The notes beneath the pieces were generated by a model. The model did not search any database and was not told where the DNA came from. It saw nothing but the letters and a program-made list of their open reading frames with translations. DNA of 64,000 nucleotides, from the NCBI GenBank assembly GCA_963805975.1, contig CAWDVR010000003.1, forward strand, positions 800,001 through 864,000, in the 5' to 3' direction. The stretch is from an uncultured Acidobacteriota bacterium. Its GTDB lineage: Bacteria > Acidobacteriota > Thermoanaerobaculia > Multivoradales > SZUA-115. The translations under genes were made by a program, and so were the position numbers. Position 1 is the stretch's first letter, and each line of letters starts with the position of its first letter. Shown piece after piece: positions 47,411 through 58,478 of the stretch.

Positions 47411-49093
47411 TCACTTCGCCTCTGCCAGCGCTCGCTTCCGTGCCGCCTCGAACTCGTCGCCAGGGTTCCAGGCCGGCAGGACCGGCGTCTCGGTGACCGC
47501 CAGGCCGCAGAAGAGGCCGATGCGGGCGTCCTCCACCATGCCGTCGAGGTTCCAGTCCGGGCTCCACTCGTCGCTCGGCTGGTGGTACTGCACCTGGGTC
47601 CAGCGCTCGATCTGCTCTTTGCCCCAGCCGGCCGGCCGGCCGATGAAGTCCGTGCCCTCGTCGAAGTAGAGGGCCGGCACGCCGATCTTCGCCAGGTTGA
47701 ACTGGTCGGAGCGGTAGAAGAAGCCCTTGTCCGGGAACTGGTCGGGCTTCACCGTCCGTCCCGCGGCGGCGGCGAAGCCGGAGGCGACCTGGTCGAGGGA
47801 GGACTTGCCGGCGCCGATCAGGGTGATGTCCCGCGTCTTGCCCCAGATGTTGCCGCCGTCGAAGTTGACGATCGCGGCGATGCGGCCGGGCAGGAAGGTG
47901 GGGTGGGTGGCGTAGTAGTTGGAGCCCAGCAGGCCCTGCTCCTCGGCGGCAAAGAAGAGAAACAGAACCGAGCGCCGGGGCGGCTGGGGGAGGCTGGTGA
48001 TGGCCCTGGCGATGGCCAGCACTTGCGAGACGCCGGCGGCGTTGTCCACCGCCCCGTTGTAGATCACGTCCTTGTCGCCGTCCGGCTCGCCCTGCCCCAG
48101 GTGGTCGTGGTGGGCGGAGAAGATCACCACCTGATCCTTGAACCTTGGGTCCGACCCGGGCAGCAGGCCGAGCACGTTGGCGGTCTGCGTGCGGCTCACC
48201 TCGTTGGCCAGGGTGAGCGAGCTCCGGATGCCCAGCGGCACGGGCTGGAAGTCCTTCTGCCGGGCCGCGGCGAGGAGCTCGTCGAGGTTCTTGCCGGCCG
48301 CGGCGAGCAGGCGCCGCGTGGCCGCCTCCGTGGCCCACGCCTTCACCTGGATGCGCGGCTCTCCGGCCGGCGGGAGCTCGAACTGCGGGCCGGTCCAGGA
48401 GGTCTGCACCACCTGCCACGGATAGCCGGCCGAAGGCGTGGTGTGGATGATGATCGCGCCGGCCGCACCCTGGCGCGCCGCGCTCTCGTACTTGTAGACC
48501 CAGCGGCCGTAGTAGAGCCGCGTGGTGCCGGCGAAGAGCGCCGGGTCCCAGTCGGGGTCGTTGTTGAGCATCAGCAGGATCTTGCCCTTCAAGTCCACGC
48601 CCTTGAAGTCGTCCCAGCCGTATTCCGGCGCCTGGATGCCGTAGCCCACGAACACCACCTCGGCGCCGTCGATCTTCGCCTGCGCCTCCGGCACGCCGCT
48701 GCCGGCGATGTAGTCCTCGTGCCAGGCGAGGTCCACTTTCTTGCCGTCCGCCGCGAAGCTCCACACCTTGGGCGCCGAGGCACGGACGGAGAGCACCTCG
48801 ATCGGCTGCTCCCAGGAACCGTTCTGTCCGCCGGGGCGCAACCCGAGGAAGCCGAGCTGAGACGCGATGTATTTCCTGGCGAGAGCATCACCCCGGCTCG
48901 CGGGGCCGCGGCCCTCGAGCAGATCGTCGGCAAGGAAGCGGATTGGCCCCTCGAGCGCCGCGGGCGTGATCAGCGCCGCGGCCTCCTCGGCGCCGGCGGG
49001 GAGCGGGGGAGGGGCGGCCGTGAGGGGAAGGGCAAGGACCAAGGCCGTGAAGGCCGTGGCGAGGAGAGTGGGGATGGTCGGGGTCGGGCGCAT
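47411..49093 (-). CDS. M28 family metallopeptidase with PA domain
   Basis: LADDLLEGR, VFVGYGI, AHHDHLG, NGAVDNAAG, AEEQGLLGS, RSDQF, YHQPSD. Confidence 0.93.
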   Translation of the reverse strand: MRPTPTIPTLLATAFTALVLALPLTAAPPPLPAGAEEAAALITPAALEGPIRFLADDLLEGRGPASRGDALARKYIASQLGFLGLRPGGQNGSWEQPIEVLSVRASAPKVWSFAADGKKVDLAWHEDYIAGSGVPEAQAKIDGAEVVFVGYGIQAPEYGWDDFKGVDLKGKILLMLNNDPDWDPALFAGTTRLYYGRWVYKYESAARQGAAGAIIIHTTPSAGYPWQVVQTSWTGPQFELPPAGEPRIQVKAWATEAATRRLLAAAGKNLDELLAAARQKDFQPVPLGIRSSLTLANEVSRTQTANVLGLLPGSDPRFKDQVVIFSAHHDHLGQGEPDGDKDVIYNGAVDNAAGVSQVLAIARAITSLPQPPRRSVLFLFFAAEEQGLLGSNYYATHPTFLPGRIAAIVNFDGGNIWGKTRDITLIGAGKSSLDQVASGFAAAAGRTVKPDQFPDKGFFYRSDQFNLAKIGVPALYFDEGTDFIGRPAGWGKEQIERWTQVQYHQPSDEWSPDWNLDGMVEDARIGLFCGLAVTETPVLPAWNPGDEFEAARKRALAEAK

Positions 49094-49264
49094 TGATCCT
49101 CCGAAGCGTGTAGGTGGCCGGAGGGATCCTAGCGCGGTCTCGCGAGGGCCGCGAAGAGCGCGTGGCATCTGGCGAACCCGGGTTCCAAAAGACACGGCAC
49201 TGCCGGGCATGTCGAGGGCTCACGGCTGATAGCATCCGAGATCGCTCTTCCGACGGAGACCCCC

Positions 49265-50032
49265 ATGCTCACCACCCACGACCACGGCCCCATCCGCGAG
49301 CTCCGCCTCGACCGCCCGCCTGCCAATGCGCTCTCGCCGGAGCTGATCGCGGCGCTCCGGGCGGCGCTGGCCGAGGCGCCGGGGCAGGGGGCGGAGGCGA
49401 TCGTGATCTCCGGTGCGCCAGGGATGTTCTCGGCCGGGCTGGACGTGCCTTTGCTCCTCGGCCTCGACCGCGGCGGCATCCACGCCATGTGGCGGGACTT
49501 CTACGGCCTGCTGCACGAGCTCGCCGGCTCGCCGCTGCCGGTGGCGGCGGCGATCACCGGCCACGCACCCGCCGGCGGCGCGGTGATCGGCCTGTTCTGC
49601 GACCGCCGTTTCATGGCGGCGGCGCCGGAGGGCGGCAAGCCGTTCCGCATCGGCCTCAACGAGGTGAGGGTCGGCATCCCCATCCCGCCGGTCATCTACC
49701 GGGCGCTGGTGCTCCTGGTGGGCCCCTACCAGGCCGGCCGGCTGGTGACCGAGGGGCTGATGGTGCCGGCCGACGAGGCGCGGGCCCTGGGACTAGTCGA
49801 CGCCACGTTCCCGCAGGAGGGCGTGGTGGCGGGGACGGTGGCCTGGTGCGAGGGCCTGCTCAGGCTGCCGCGCCGCGCCATGGCCGAGACCCGCAAGCTC
49901 GCCCGGGCGGGTACCGTGGCCCTCTTCGAGCGCGGCTTCGCCGAGGTCGAGCACCTGGTGGGCATGTGGTTCGAGCCCGAGACCCAGGCGGGCCTCACGG
50001 CTTTGGTGGAGAGCCTGAGAAAGAAGGGGTAG
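49265..50032 (+). CDS. Enoyl-CoA hydratase/isomerase family protein
   Basis: FSAGLD, AAITGHAPAGG, IGLNEV.VG, A..LGLVD. Confidence 0.92.
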   Translation: MLTTHDHGPIRELRLDRPPANALSPELIAALRAALAEAPGQGAEAIVISGAPGMFSAGLDVPLLLGLDRGGIHAMWRDFYGLLHELAGSPLPVAAAITGHAPAGGAVIGLFCDRRFMAAAPEGGKPFRIGLNEVRVGIPIPPVIYRALVLLVGPYQAGRLVTEGLMVPADEARALGLVDATFPQEGVVAGTVAWCEGLLRLPRRAMAETRKLARAGTVALFERGFAEVEHLVGMWFEPETQAGLTALVESLRKKG

Positions 50033-50041
50033 GGCGCGCTG

Positions 50042-53000
50042 TTGCGTCGCGAAGCGGAGCGCAGCCCGACCTTCCTGTCGCGCGTGGCCGCCGCCATCCC
50101 GGCCCGCGCCCGGGATCGGGGAGAAGGGTATTTCCTCCACGACCTGGTCGAGCTCGAGCGGGTCGGCGAGGGCGTGGCCGAGGCCACGGTGCAGGGCACC
50201 CGGCCCTACGACGTGCGGCTCCGCAGGGTGGGCAAGCGCCTGGTCTGCTCCTGCACCTGCCCTTACTTCGAGCGTGAAGCCTCGGCGTGCAAGCACGTCT
50301 GGGCGCTCGTCCTGGCGCTCGACGAGGGTGGGCAGCTCGAAGGCTTCGACGACGGCCGGCCGGTGAGCCTGGAGGCGGTCGAGCCCGACGCAGGGTACGG
50401 GGAGGCCGCAGCGGAGATCGACCGGGACGGCGCCGGTGCCGATTCCCGGGCGCGTGCCAGGCCTGGCGCCGTGCGCAGCGGGGCCGCAGGCACCTGGCGC
50501 GAGGTGTTCGGGAACTTCCCGTCGCCCCGGCTCGATCCCTTCGCCGAGGACCGCCTCGCGCTGTGGATGCGCCGCGAGCTGCTCTACACGGTCAGCGCCC
50601 CGGAGACCCTCGACGGCAGGGGTCTCGCGCTGGCCGTGTCGATGCGCGAACCGCGACAGAACGGCACCTGGGGCAGGGCCCGGCAGCAGCGCATCCCCTT
50701 CGACGACCTGCCCCTCCTGCCCAGCCCTCAGGACCGGCAGATCCTGGCGGTGCTGGCGGGCGCCCACGACGGCTCCTACGGCGGGTACTCCTTCTCCTAC
50801 TCGCGCGAGATTCAACCGCGCAACCGGCTCCGCGGGCCCCTGGTCGACGTGGTGCTGCCGCTCGCGGCCGGCACCGGCCGGCTGCTCCTGCTGCCCCGAG
50901 ACGGCTCGCGGGAGCCGCTGCCGATCCGTCTGGACGAAGGAGGGCCCTGGGAGATCGCGTTGTCGCTACGGCCGGCGGACGATGCCGCGAGCTATCGCGT
51001 GGCCGGTGAGCTGGCGCGGGGCGCCGACCGGCTGCCGTTGGCCGCGGTGGAGCTGGCGCTCGCGGACGGCTGGTTCTTCACCCGCGGCGAGCTCTGCCGC
51101 TGGAGCTCCCCGGGAGCGTTCCCGTGGTTCTCGGCGCTGCGCAACCAGCCACCGATCTCGCTGCCGCGCGGCGAAGCCGCCGACTGGCTGGCCATGGTGC
51201 TGGCGCAACCGCACCTGCCGCGGCTCGAGCTGCCGCCCGATCTCGGGTTCGAGGTCGTGGCGGCCGCGCCCGCCCCGCGGCTCTCCATCCGCCCGGCGGC
51301 AGGCGCCAAGGGCCTCGCCGCCGAGCTTGCCTTCGACTACGGCGAGCGGACCGTGGCCTGGAGCGCGCCGAGCCAAGAGCTCTTCGACCGCGAGGCGCTC
51401 AAGCTCTGGCGGCGCGACTTGGCCGCGGAGCAGGCGGCCCGCGACCGGCTCACGGCCCTCGGCCTGCGCCCGGCGCCGGAGGATCCCGCGGCCCTGGCTC
51501 TTCCCGAGGGCGACCTGCCGCGGGTGGTGCGGGAGCTGGTGGCGGCCGGTTGGCGGGTGGAGGCGGAGGGCCGTCCGGTACGGCGCTCCGGCACCCTCAA
51601 CCTCGCGGTCTCCTCGGGGCTGGACTGGTTCGATCTCTCGGCCGAAGCGGTGTTCGAGGGCGAGACCGCGGCCCTGCCCGAGATCCTGGCGGCCCTCGAG
51701 CGCGGGCAGGGCTTCGTGCGGCTGGGGGACGGCAGCCTGGGGCTTCTGCCGGAGGACTGGCTCCGCCAGCGCGGCCTGCTGGGGGCGCTCGGCAAGCCGG
51801 CCGGCCGGGCCCTGCGGTTCGGCCGGGTGCAGATCGGCATGCTCGACGCGCTGCTCGCCGGCGAGCCGCAGCTCGAGGCCGACGCGGCCTTCGAGGAGGC
51901 GCGGCGCGAGCTCGCCCGGTTCGAAGGCGTCCGTCCGTCCGACCCGCCGGCCGGCTTTGCCGGCACGCTCCGCGAGTACCAGCGCCTGGGGCTCGGCTGG
52001 CTCCATTTCCTCCGCCGCTTCGGCTTCGGCGGCTGCCTGGCGGACGACATGGGCCTGGGCAAGACGGTGCAGGTGCTGGCGCTCCTGGCCGGGGAGGCGG
52101 GCGGGCCGCAGCCGTCGCTGGTGGTGGCCCCGCGCTCGGTGGTCTTCAACTGGCTGGCCGAGGCCCGGCGCTTCGCCCCGCATCTGCGGGTGGCGGCGCA
52201 TTCCGGCGCCGACCGCGCCCGCACCCCCACGTCCTTCGCCGCCTTGGACCTGGTGATCACCACCTACGGCCTGCTGCGCGAGGACACGGAGCTCCTCTCC
52301 CAGGTGCAGTGGAACTACGTCATCCTGGACGAGGCGCAGGCGATCAAGAACGCCGACAGCCAGACGGCCAGGGCGGCGAGGCTCCTCCCCGGCCGCCATC
52401 GCCTGGCTCTCTCGGGCACGCCGATCGAGAACCACCTGGGCGAGCTGTGGAGCCTGTTCGAGTTCCTGAACCCCGGCCTCCTGGGTCGCGCCTCGGCTTT
52501 CCAGAAGCGGAGCGCCCGGCCCGAGGCCGCCGAGCGGGCGCTGCTGGCCGGCGCGCTGCGCCCCTTCATCCTGCGCCGCACCAAGGAGCAGGTGCTGCCC
52601 GAGCTGCCGCCGAAAACGGAGCAGACGCTGTTCTGCGACCTCGAGCCCAAGGAGCGGCGGCGCTACGACGAGCTCAAGGGCTTCTATCAGGCCGCGCTCC
52701 GCACCAGCGTCGAGAAGCTGGGCTGGGCGCGGTCCAAGATCCACGTGCTCGAGGCTTTGCTGCGGCTGCGGCAGGCCGCGTGCCACCCGGGCCTGATCGA
52801 TGCCAAGAGCCTGCAGGAGCCGAGCGCCAAGCTCGAGGCCCTGCTGCCGCTCCTCGCCGAGGTGCTCGAAGGCGGGCACAAGGCGCTGGTGTTCTCCCAG
52901 TTCACCAGCCTCCTGGCCATCGTGCGCGACCGCCTCGACGCGGCGGGCACCGAGTACCTGTACCTGGACGGCCAGACCCGCGACCGCGAAGCCCTGGTGA

Positions 53001-53329
53001 CCCGCTTCCAGACCGACCCCGAGCGCCGGCTCTTCCTGATCAGCCTCAAGGCCGGCGGCCTGGGCCTCAACCTGACGGCGGCGGACTACGTCTTCCTGCT
53101 CGACCCGTGGTGGAACCCGGCGGTGGAAGCGCAGGCCATCGACCGCGCCCACCGCATCGGCCAGGAGCGCCACGTCTTCGCCTACCGCCTGGTGGCTCGC
53201 GACACGGTGGAGGAGAAGATCCTCGCGCTACAAGAGACCAAGCGCGACTTGGCGGACTCGATCATCAACCAGGACAACAGCCTCATCCGCCGCCTGACGC
53301 GGGAGGACCTGGAGCTGTTGTTGGGGTAG
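50042..53329 (+). CDS. SWIM zinc-finger SNF2 family helicase/ATPase
   Basis: SWIM CSCTCP..CKH; LADDMGLGKT, DEAQ, SGTPIEN, FSQF, GLNL, QAIDRAHRIGQ. Confidence 0.94.
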   Translation: MRREAERSPTFLSRVAAAIPARARDRGEGYFLHDLVELERVGEGVAEATVQGTRPYDVRLRRVGKRLVCSCTCPYFEREASACKHVWALVLALDEGGQLEGFDDGRPVSLEAVEPDAGYGEAAAEIDRDGAGADSRARARPGAVRSGAAGTWREVFGNFPSPRLDPFAEDRLALWMRRELLYTVSAPETLDGRGLALAVSMREPRQNGTWGRARQQRIPFDDLPLLPSPQDRQILAVLAGAHDGSYGGYSFSYSREIQPRNRLRGPLVDVVLPLAAGTGRLLLLPRDGSREPLPIRLDEGGPWEIALSLRPADDAASYRVAGELARGADRLPLAAVELALADGWFFTRGELCRWSSPGAFPWFSALRNQPPISLPRGEAADWLAMVLAQPHLPRLELPPDLGFEVVAAAPAPRLSIRPAAGAKGLAAELAFDYGERTVAWSAPSQELFDREALKLWRRDLAAEQAARDRLTALGLRPAPEDPAALALPEGDLPRVVRELVAAGWRVEAEGRPVRRSGTLNLAVSSGLDWFDLSAEAVFEGETAALPEILAALERGQGFVRLGDGSLGLLPEDWLRQRGLLGALGKPAGRALRFGRVQIGMLDALLAGEPQLEADAAFEEARRELARFEGVRPSDPPAGFAGTLREYQRLGLGWLHFLRRFGFGGCLADDMGLGKTVQVLALLAGEAGGPQPSLVVAPRSVVFNWLAEARRFAPHLRVAAHSGADRARTPTSFAALDLVITTYGLLREDTELLSQVQWNYVILDEAQAIKNADSQTARAARLLPGRHRLALSGTPIENHLGELWSLFEFLNPGLLGRASAFQKRSARPEAAERALLAGALRPFILRRTKEQVLPELPPKTEQTLFCDLEPKERRRYDELKGFYQAALRTSVEKLGWARSKIHVLEALLRLRQAACHPGLIDAKSLQEPSAKLEALLPLLAEVLEGGHKALVFSQFTSLLAIVRDRLDAAGTEYLYLDGQTRDREALVTRFQTDPERRLFLISLKAGGLGLNLTAADYVFLLDPWWNPAVEAQAIDRAHRIGQERHVFAYRLVARDTVEEKILALQETKRDLADSIINQDNSLIRRLTREDLELLLG

Positions 53330-53350
53330 TAGCGATGTTCCTCCGACCCC

Positions 53351-53379
53351 TGTCGTAGATTCGCCGACGACAATATAAT
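53351..53379 (+). promoter_or_regulatory. Putative sigma70 promoter with overlapping inverted repeat
   Basis: TATAAT at 53374-79 in GC-rich DNA; TGTCGT-N10-ACGACA at 53351-72. Confidence 0.5.
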
Positions 53380-53426
53380 TCCCGGTGGCCCGCTGGTTTT
53401 TTCACCTTCCGCAGGAGGATCGTCGC

Positions 53427-56400
53427 ATGCGCCCGCGCCGTGCCCGGCTTGTCTTCGCCCTCGCCGTCTCGTTCGTCTCCCTGCTCTTCGTTCCCGGCCT
53501 CGAAGCCGCCCGCGCCAAGCCCAAGGAGGCGCCGGCCGAGGCCAAGCCCGTCGTGGACCCGGCCCTCTTCTCGAGCCTCGACTGGCGCGAGGTCGGGCCC
53601 TACCGGGGTGGCAGGTCGGCAGCGGTGACCGGGGTGCCGGGCCAGCCCAACCTCTACTACTTCGGCTCGACCGGCGGCGGGGTGTGGAAGACGACGGACG
53701 GCGGCAACACCTGGAAGTGCGTCTCGGACGGCTTCTTCGGCGGCTCGATCGGCGCCGTGGCGGTCTCCGAGTGGGACCCCAACGTGATCTACGCCGGCAC
53801 CGGCGAGAAGACGGTGCGCGGCAACGTCTCCTCGGGCGACGGGATGTGGAAGTCGACCGACGCCGGCAAGACCTGGAAGCACGCCGGCCTCGCCGACTCG
53901 CGGCACATCCCCCGCGTGCGCATCCACCCCCGGAACCCGGAGCTGGTCTACGCGGCGGTCCTCGGCCATCTCTTCGGCCCCAACGAGGAGCGCGGCGTCT
54001 ACCGCTCAGAGGACGGCGGCAAGAGCTGGCAGCGGGTGCTGTTCGTCAACCCCGAGGTCGGCGCGGTGGATCTCGCGATGGACCCCACCAACCCGCGCGA
54101 TCCTCTATGCCACCACCTGGCGCGTGAAGCGCACGCCGTGGAGCCTCGAGAGCGGCGGCCCGGGCTCCGGCATCTGGAAGACCACGGACGGCGGCGACAC
54201 CTGGAACGAGCTGACCGCCAGCCCCAACCCCTCCAGCCCCAACCCGTCCAGTACCGGCCTGCCCAAGGGCCCGCTCGGCATCATCGGCATCACGGTCTCG
54301 CCCACCAACCCGGAGAACCTCTACGCCATCATCGAGGCCGAGGAGGGCGGCGTCTTCCGCTCGCAGGACGCCGGCAAGACCTGGGAACGGACCAACCAGA
54401 GCCGCGACCTGCGCCAGCGCGCCTGGTACTACACCCGCATCTACGCCGATCCCGCGGACCAGGAGAGCGTCTACGTGGTGAACGTGCGCTTCCACCGCTC
54501 GAAGGACGGCGGCAAGACGTTCAGCGCCAGCCGCACCCCGCACGGCGACAACCACGACCTGTGGATCGCGCCCGAGAACCCGTTGCGCATGATCGAGTCG
54601 AACGACGGCGGCGCCAACGTCTCGACCGACGGCGGCCGGACCTGGACCACCCAGAGCAACCAGCCCACCTCGCAGATCTACCGCGTGTCGACCGACAACG
54701 CCTTCCCCTACCGCCTGCTGGGCGGCCAGCAGGACAACACCGCGCTGCGCATCCGCTCGCGCTCGGTCAACGGCGGCGGCATCGGCGAGCAGGACTGGGA
54801 GGTCACGGCCGGCGGCGAGAGCGGCTTCGTGGTCGCCAAGCCGGACGAGCCGGACGTGGTCTACGGCGGCTCCTACGGCGGCCTGCTGGAGCGCCGGGAC
54901 CACCGCACGGGCCAGTCGCGGATGGTCAACGTCTGGCCGGACGACCCGATGGGCGCCGGCGCCGCGGACTTGAAGTACCGCTTCCAGTGGAACTTCCCGA
55001 TCTTCTTCTCGCCCCACGACGCCGACACGCTCTACGCCGCGGCCAACGTGCTGTTCCGGAGCCGCGACGGCGGCGAGCACTGGGAAGCGGTCTCCGGCGA
55101 CCTGACCAGGAACGACAAGTCGAAGCAGGGACCCTCGGGCGGCCCGATCACCAAGGACAACACCAGCGTCGAGTACTACAGCACGATCTTCGCGGCGCTC
55201 GAGTCGCCCCACGAGCCGGACGTGCTGTGGGCGGGCTCGGACGACGGCCTGGTGCACGTGACGCGCGACGGCGGCAAGACCTGGAAGAACGTCACCCCGC
55301 CGGGCCTCCCCGAGTGGTCGATGGTCAACGCGCTCGACGCCGATCCGTTCGAGAAGGGCGGGCTCTATCTCGCGGCCACCCGCTACAAGCTCGACGACGA
55401 CACGCCCTATCTCTTCAAGACCACGGACTACGGCGCCACCTGGAAGCGGATCGACGGCGGCATCGACCGCGGGCACTTCACCCGCGTGGTGCGCGCCGAC
55501 CCGGGCCGCCGCGGCCTGCTCTACGCCGGCACCGAGCGCGGGATGTACGCCTCGTTCGACGACGGTGCGCACTGGCAGTCGTTGCAGCTCAACCTGCCGC
55601 GCGTGCCGGTGACCGACCTGGCGGTGAAGAACGGCGACCTCGTCGCCGCCACCCAGGGGCGCGGCTTCTGGATCCTCGACGACCTGGGCGTGCTGCACCA
55701 GGCGAAGCCCGAGCTCGCCGCGCAGCCGGCCCATCTCTACCCGCCGCGTCCGGCGGACCGCGCCTCGGGCTTCCGTATCGAGGAGCCGCGCGGCATGGGC
55801 AAGAACCCTCACTCCGGCGTGGTGTTTCACTACCTCCTGCCGCAAGAGCTGCCCAAGGACCAGAAGCTCCAGCTCGAGATCCTCGACGACCGCGGCGAGC
55901 TCATCCAGACCTTCACCCGGAAAGCCGAGCCCGGGAAAGAGGAAGAGAAGGAAGAGGGAGGAGCCTGGAGCTACTTCGAAGCGCCGGAGACCCGGATCCT
56001 CACCGTCAAGAAGGGCGGCAACCGCGTGGCCTGGGACCTTCTCCTGCCGCCTGCCGAGCGCTTCCCGGGCCTCATCCTGTGGAACGACGCGCTCGACGGC
56101 CCGACGGTCGGGGCCGGCCGGTACCAGGCTCGCCTGACGGTGGGGGAGTGGAGCTCGACGGTGCCGTTCGAGGTGGTGCCCGACCCGCGCTCCATGGCCA
56201 CCGCCGCCGAGCGCCAGGCGCAGTTCGAGTTCGTGCGCGGGATACGCGACAAGCTCTCCGAGGCCCACCGCGAGATCGCCCGCCTGCGCGAGGTGCGCGA
56301 CCAGATCGACGGCCTGAAGAAGCGCCTGGGCAAGGACGAGAAGGCCAAGGCGGTGATCGAGGCCGGAGACGCGCTCAAGGCCAAGCTGGCGGCGATCGAG

Positions 56401-56691
56401 GAGGTGCTCTACCAGACCAAGAACAAGAGCGCCCAGGACCCGCTCAACTACCCCGTGCGCCTGAACGACAAGCTGGCCGGTGTGCTGGCCCTGGCGGCGG
56501 CGAGCGACGGCGCGCCGACCGCCTCGATGGTCGCCGTGCGCCAAGAGCTGACGGCGGCGATCGACGCCGAGCTCGCCAAGCTGGCGGCGATCTGGAAGGA
56601 CGACCTGGCCGCGTTCAACCGTCTGGCCCGGGAGTCCGAGGTGCCGGCCCTGGCGTTGCCGCCGGAGAAGAAGCCGGCGAGCAGCCCGTAG
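53427..56691 (+). pseudogene. VPS10/BNR-repeat (glycosyl-hydrolase-like) secreted protein split by a +1 frameshift near 54099
   Basis: Signal peptide, WREVGPYRGGRS and many (S/T).DGG.TW Asp-boxes continue across two frames; CCG CGC G ATC CTC TAT reads PRILY if one base is removed. Confidence 0.85.
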
Positions 56692-56711
56692 CGAGCGCCC
56701 CTCGACCCCTG

Positions 56712-56790
56712 CCCTCTCCCGCGGGAAGCGGGAGTGAGCGTCCAGACGTAGGGGCGACCGGCGGTCGCCCCTGGTCTTCGCGGGAGAGGG
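56712..56790. repeat. Nested palindromes: a GTAG-headed REP inside a CCCTCTCCC/GGGAGAGGG element
   Basis: CCCTCTCCCGCG(56712-23)/CGCGGGAGAGGG(56779-90) enclose GTAGGGGCGACC-GGC-GGTCGCCCCT (56748-72). Confidence 0.72.
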
Positions 56791-56869
56791 ACGAGGTGCC
56801 GGCCGTCGTCCTCGACACCTCCAACCTCCTCTGCTACCTTGGTCTCCCACTCACCACAGGGAGACCGGC

Positions 56870-57373
56870 ATGCTTTCCGGCCCGACCTCGAAAGCCGAGA
56901 CCAACCAACTGGCGGATCAGCTCGAGCGCACCTTCCGCGGCGGCGCCTGGCACGGGCCGGCCGTGGCCGAGGCGTTGGACGGAGTGACCGCCGCCGCCGC
57001 CTCGCTTCGCCCGGTGGCCGGCGGGCACACCATCTGGCAGATCGTCCACCACGTCGGGGTCTGGATCGACGTGGCGCGGCGCCGGATCGAGGGCGAGGCG
57101 TTGGAAGATGTGCCCGAGTCCGAGGACTGGCCGAGCCGCCTCGGCCCCTCGGCACCGGAATGGGAGGCGGAGGTGGAGGCTCTCGAGGAGGCGCACCGGC
57201 GGCTCTTCGCCACGGTGAAGGGCCTGGACGACTCCCGCCTGGGGGACCCGGTGGGGGGCTCCGACCCCACGGTGCGCGGCATGCTCTTCGGCGTGCTGCA
57301 GCACAATGCCTACCACGCCGGCCAGATCATGGTCCTGCGCAAGGCCGGCGAGGTCGCCGGGGGCGCCGGATGA
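56870..57373 (+). CDS. DinB family protein
   Basis: GGAWHGP, HTIWQIVHH, QHNAYHAGQI. Confidence 0.88.
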   Translation: MLSGPTSKAETNQLADQLERTFRGGAWHGPAVAEALDGVTAAAASLRPVAGGHTIWQIVHHVGVWIDVARRRIEGEALEDVPESEDWPSRLGPSAPEWEAEVEALEEAHRRLFATVKGLDDSRLGDPVGGSDPTVRGMLFGVLQHNAYHAGQIMVLRKAGEVAGGAG

Positions 57374-58371
57374 GTCCCGGCGAGGAGCGCCTGCGCGAGG
57401 TGCTGCGGTCGCGCCGCGACCGGCTCGCGGAGGCCGTGGCCGCGAGCCCGGAGGAGCGCATGGTCGAGCTCCTGCGCCGCGTGGACACGGCCCTCGGCCG
57501 CGAGGTCGCGGAGTGGAGCCTCTGCCGGGTGTGCGGGGAGGCGATGTCCCCCGCGCACTTGGCGGCCCACCCGCCGGTCGCCGATCCTTTGCTCGCCGAT
57601 CCTCTGGTGAGGGTCTGCCTCGAGTGCCTCTCGCCGGCCGAGCTGCGGGCTCTCGAGCTCGACCTGCAGAAGGCCGCCGGCGTGCAGCGGTCCCTCCTGC
57701 CGCCGCGCGAGCTGGCGCACTCCGGCTGGGAGGCCGCCTGGCTGTGGGAGCCGCGCGGTGCGGTCTCCGGCGACCACATCGACTTCCTCCTGCCGCAGAG
57801 GCCCGGGGAGCCGGTGCACCTGCTGCTGGGCGACGTCGCCGGCAAGGGAGTGGCGGCTTCGTTCCTCCAGTCCCATCTGCACGCGCTCTTTCGGGTGCTC
57901 GCCGGGCCCGACGTGGCCACACCGGAGCTGGTGAGGCGGGCCAACCTGCACTTCTACGAGGCCACCTCGGCCGCGAGCTACGCCACGCTGATCGCCGTCC
58001 GGCTCCATGCCGACGGCCGGGCCGAGATGACCAACGCCGGCCATCCCCGCCCGCTGCTGGCCGACCGGCGCGGCGTGCGGCCGGTCGAAGGCTCGGGGCT
58101 GCCGCTCGGCCTCTTCCGCGAGGCGGAGTTCGTGGGCCGCGAGGTGCGCATGGCGCGCGGAGACACGCTGCTCCTCTACTCGGACGGCCTCACCGAGGCG
58201 GAGGCCCAGGAGGAGGAATACGGCATCGGCCGGGCCGCGGCCGCCCTGCGCCGGGCCTTCCGCCTGCCGCTACCCGAGCTGCTGGCCGCCTGCCGGCAGG
58301 ACGTCGAGTCCTTCCTCGCCGGCGCGCCCCGCTCGGACGATCTCTCGCTCCTCGCCGTGCGCCGGGCCTGA
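57370..58371 (+). CDS. PP2C/SpoIIE-type phosphatase with N-terminal C4 zinc finger
   Basis: CRVC..CLEC; VQRSLLP, VSGD..D, GDVAGKG, NAGH, YSDGLTEA, SDDLSL. Confidence 0.9.
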   Translation: MSPGEERLREVLRSRRDRLAEAVAASPEERMVELLRRVDTALGREVAEWSLCRVCGEAMSPAHLAAHPPVADPLLADPLVRVCLECLSPAELRALELDLQKAAGVQRSLLPPRELAHSGWEAAWLWEPRGAVSGDHIDFLLPQRPGEPVHLLLGDVAGKGVAASFLQSHLHALFRVLAGPDVATPELVRRANLHFYEATSAASYATLIAVRLHADGRAEMTNAGHPRPLLADRRGVRPVEGSGLPLGLFREAEFVGREVRMARGDTLLLYSDGLTEAEAQEEEYGIGRAAAALRRAFRLPLPELLAACRQDVESFLAGAPRSDDLSLLAVRRA

Positions 58372-58402
58372 GAGCCTGCCCTGCGAGACTTGCCCTGGGC
58401 CG

Positions 58403-58427
58403 GGAACCGTCCGGGCCGTCGTTCGTA
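58403..58427 (+). promoter_or_regulatory. Possible ECF-type promoter
   Basis: GGAAC-N16-CGTA about 50 nt upstream of the permease ATG. Confidence 0.4.
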
Positions 58428-58478
58428 TACCAGGTATCCGACACCAGGCCGCGCTGCGCCGGCGCGGGAAGGAGAATC

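Noticed and set aside
50042-53329. SNF2 helicase as an anti-phage system
   Set aside because: Ordinary stand-alone SWIM-SNF2 with no nuclease, methylase or other defence neighbours
53385-56987. 1200-aa ORF as a novel protein
   Set aside because: After about 54099 it is an off-frame Arg/Pro-rich read-through caused by the frameshift
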